Part shown: positions 63,026 to 64,000 of the stretch, piece after piece
Layout: each line of letters opens with the position of its first letter
Position numbering within the stretch: position 1 is the stretch's first letter
Source: Eledone cirrhosa
Taxonomy: Eukaryota
Direction of reading: 5' to 3'
DNA length: 64,000 bases
Assembly (NCBI GenBank): GCA_964016885.1
Contig: OZ024753.1
Coordinates: 29,574,001-29,638,000 of the forward strand
Program-made: the position numbers and the translations under genes
The notes under the pieces: generated by a model
Databases searched by the model: none
Seen by the model: only the letters and a program-made list of their open reading frames with translations
Told to the model about the DNA's origin: nothing

Positions 63026-64000
63026 GTTAATTTCCTTAATCTTGTGATTTCAGAGAATTTCGGGCTTCTATTTCTAACAATTGAGTGACTAGTGCAAATT
63101 TATACTTGCACTGAGCCATGCTATCAAAACCATTCCAGTCGTGACAAACACGCCTTTGGACTACATTATTAAATGTCTTTTCATTTTATATAAATATAAA
63201 AGAAAAAATAACTAATCAAGTTGATGTTTGGCTCCGAGGTCAGCACTGATTAATAAAAGGCCTTCCACTACGTAAAGGGTTAATGAGCTATTTCTTCTCT
63301 TTTAAGGGAATATAGTGCGAGATTTGATTGATTTTTTTAAGCAAGTCAAGCTTAATGAATATCTACTTTATACTATATTGTTTATTGGCTTTGTTGATAG
63401 GAAAAAAATGACAAATGTTACGAAAGAAATTACCAATTACCAGAATGGCTACCTACGGTGAACTTCAATCGACATCACGTGACATTTACCCAGAATGCAA
63501 CAGTTCAATAGGGTAGCCAAGTCCCAGAGCGACACATTACTTCTCGTGTTTACGTTGTTACACTATACTCCACACCCATCGCAATTTCCTATTCACATAA
63601 TTATTTATTGCTATCTTTTTATTTTTTCTAAATTTTTATATTTCTTTCTGGCTCGTCTGGTTTTATTTATTTATTCATTCTTTTTTATTTTTTGTTTATG
63701 GTTGTTGTTTTCTTTTTAAAATCTATACTATTGATATTATCGTTAACATATCTCACTTTCTCCACCCACCCACTGTTCTCACTGTCTAGTCTGTGACATT
63801 TTAATCTGAACCGACGGCCGGTTCCAGTCGTTTTAATGTAGTTGTTTATTATATTATATCTCTCACCCTCTGACACACACTGTTTTTGTTTTTTTTTGTG
63901 TACGTATATGTGTGTATATGCATCATCGTAAAAGGAACTGACTATTGCTGAAAAGAGAAAGAAATAATAAATATTTCTATGTGATACATACATATTGATA

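Noticed and set aside
63440-63830. Possible 5' exons of the minus-strand gene (donor-like gtaatt, gtaaat, gtgaga)
   Set aside because: No consistent frame linking them to exon 48932-49001

Overview
Repeat-rich, AT-rich animal genomic DNA, most likely cephalopod (Octopus-like), judged from Nin/Deu-domain and CORE-domain tRNA SINEs and dense (TA)n/(CA)n/(GATA)n tracts. Most ORFs in the supplied track are microsatellite translations. Real content: (1) Two divergent Tx1/L1-clade retrotransposons lie head-to-tail in one (GATA)n microsatellite (6.7-17.5 kb). In both, ORF2 is bracketed by a consensus splice donor at the end of ORF1 and an acceptor whose AG is the ORF2 stop codon, so ORF2 looks like a removable intron. 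(2) A six-exon host gene (+, 25826-36554, about 293 aa, assembled by hand) encodes a type II membrane protein with a cytoplasmic YESL-x7-YESL (ITAM-spaced) motif and an extracellular F-type lectin (FTP/F5/8C-like) domain. (3) The 3' end of an unidentified minus-strand gene (42.4-49.0 kb). (4) About a dozen minimal hammerhead-ribozyme-like motifs, many inside short fold-back elements embedded in (TA)n tracts and resembling Penelope-like termini. (5) RTE LINEs with a PHD finger inside the RT, CRE and R4/Dong-like fragments, a DD37D maT transposon, a Buster-type hAT with a perfect 8-bp TSD, many SINEs and several minisatellites. All calls come from manual reading; no database searches were run.
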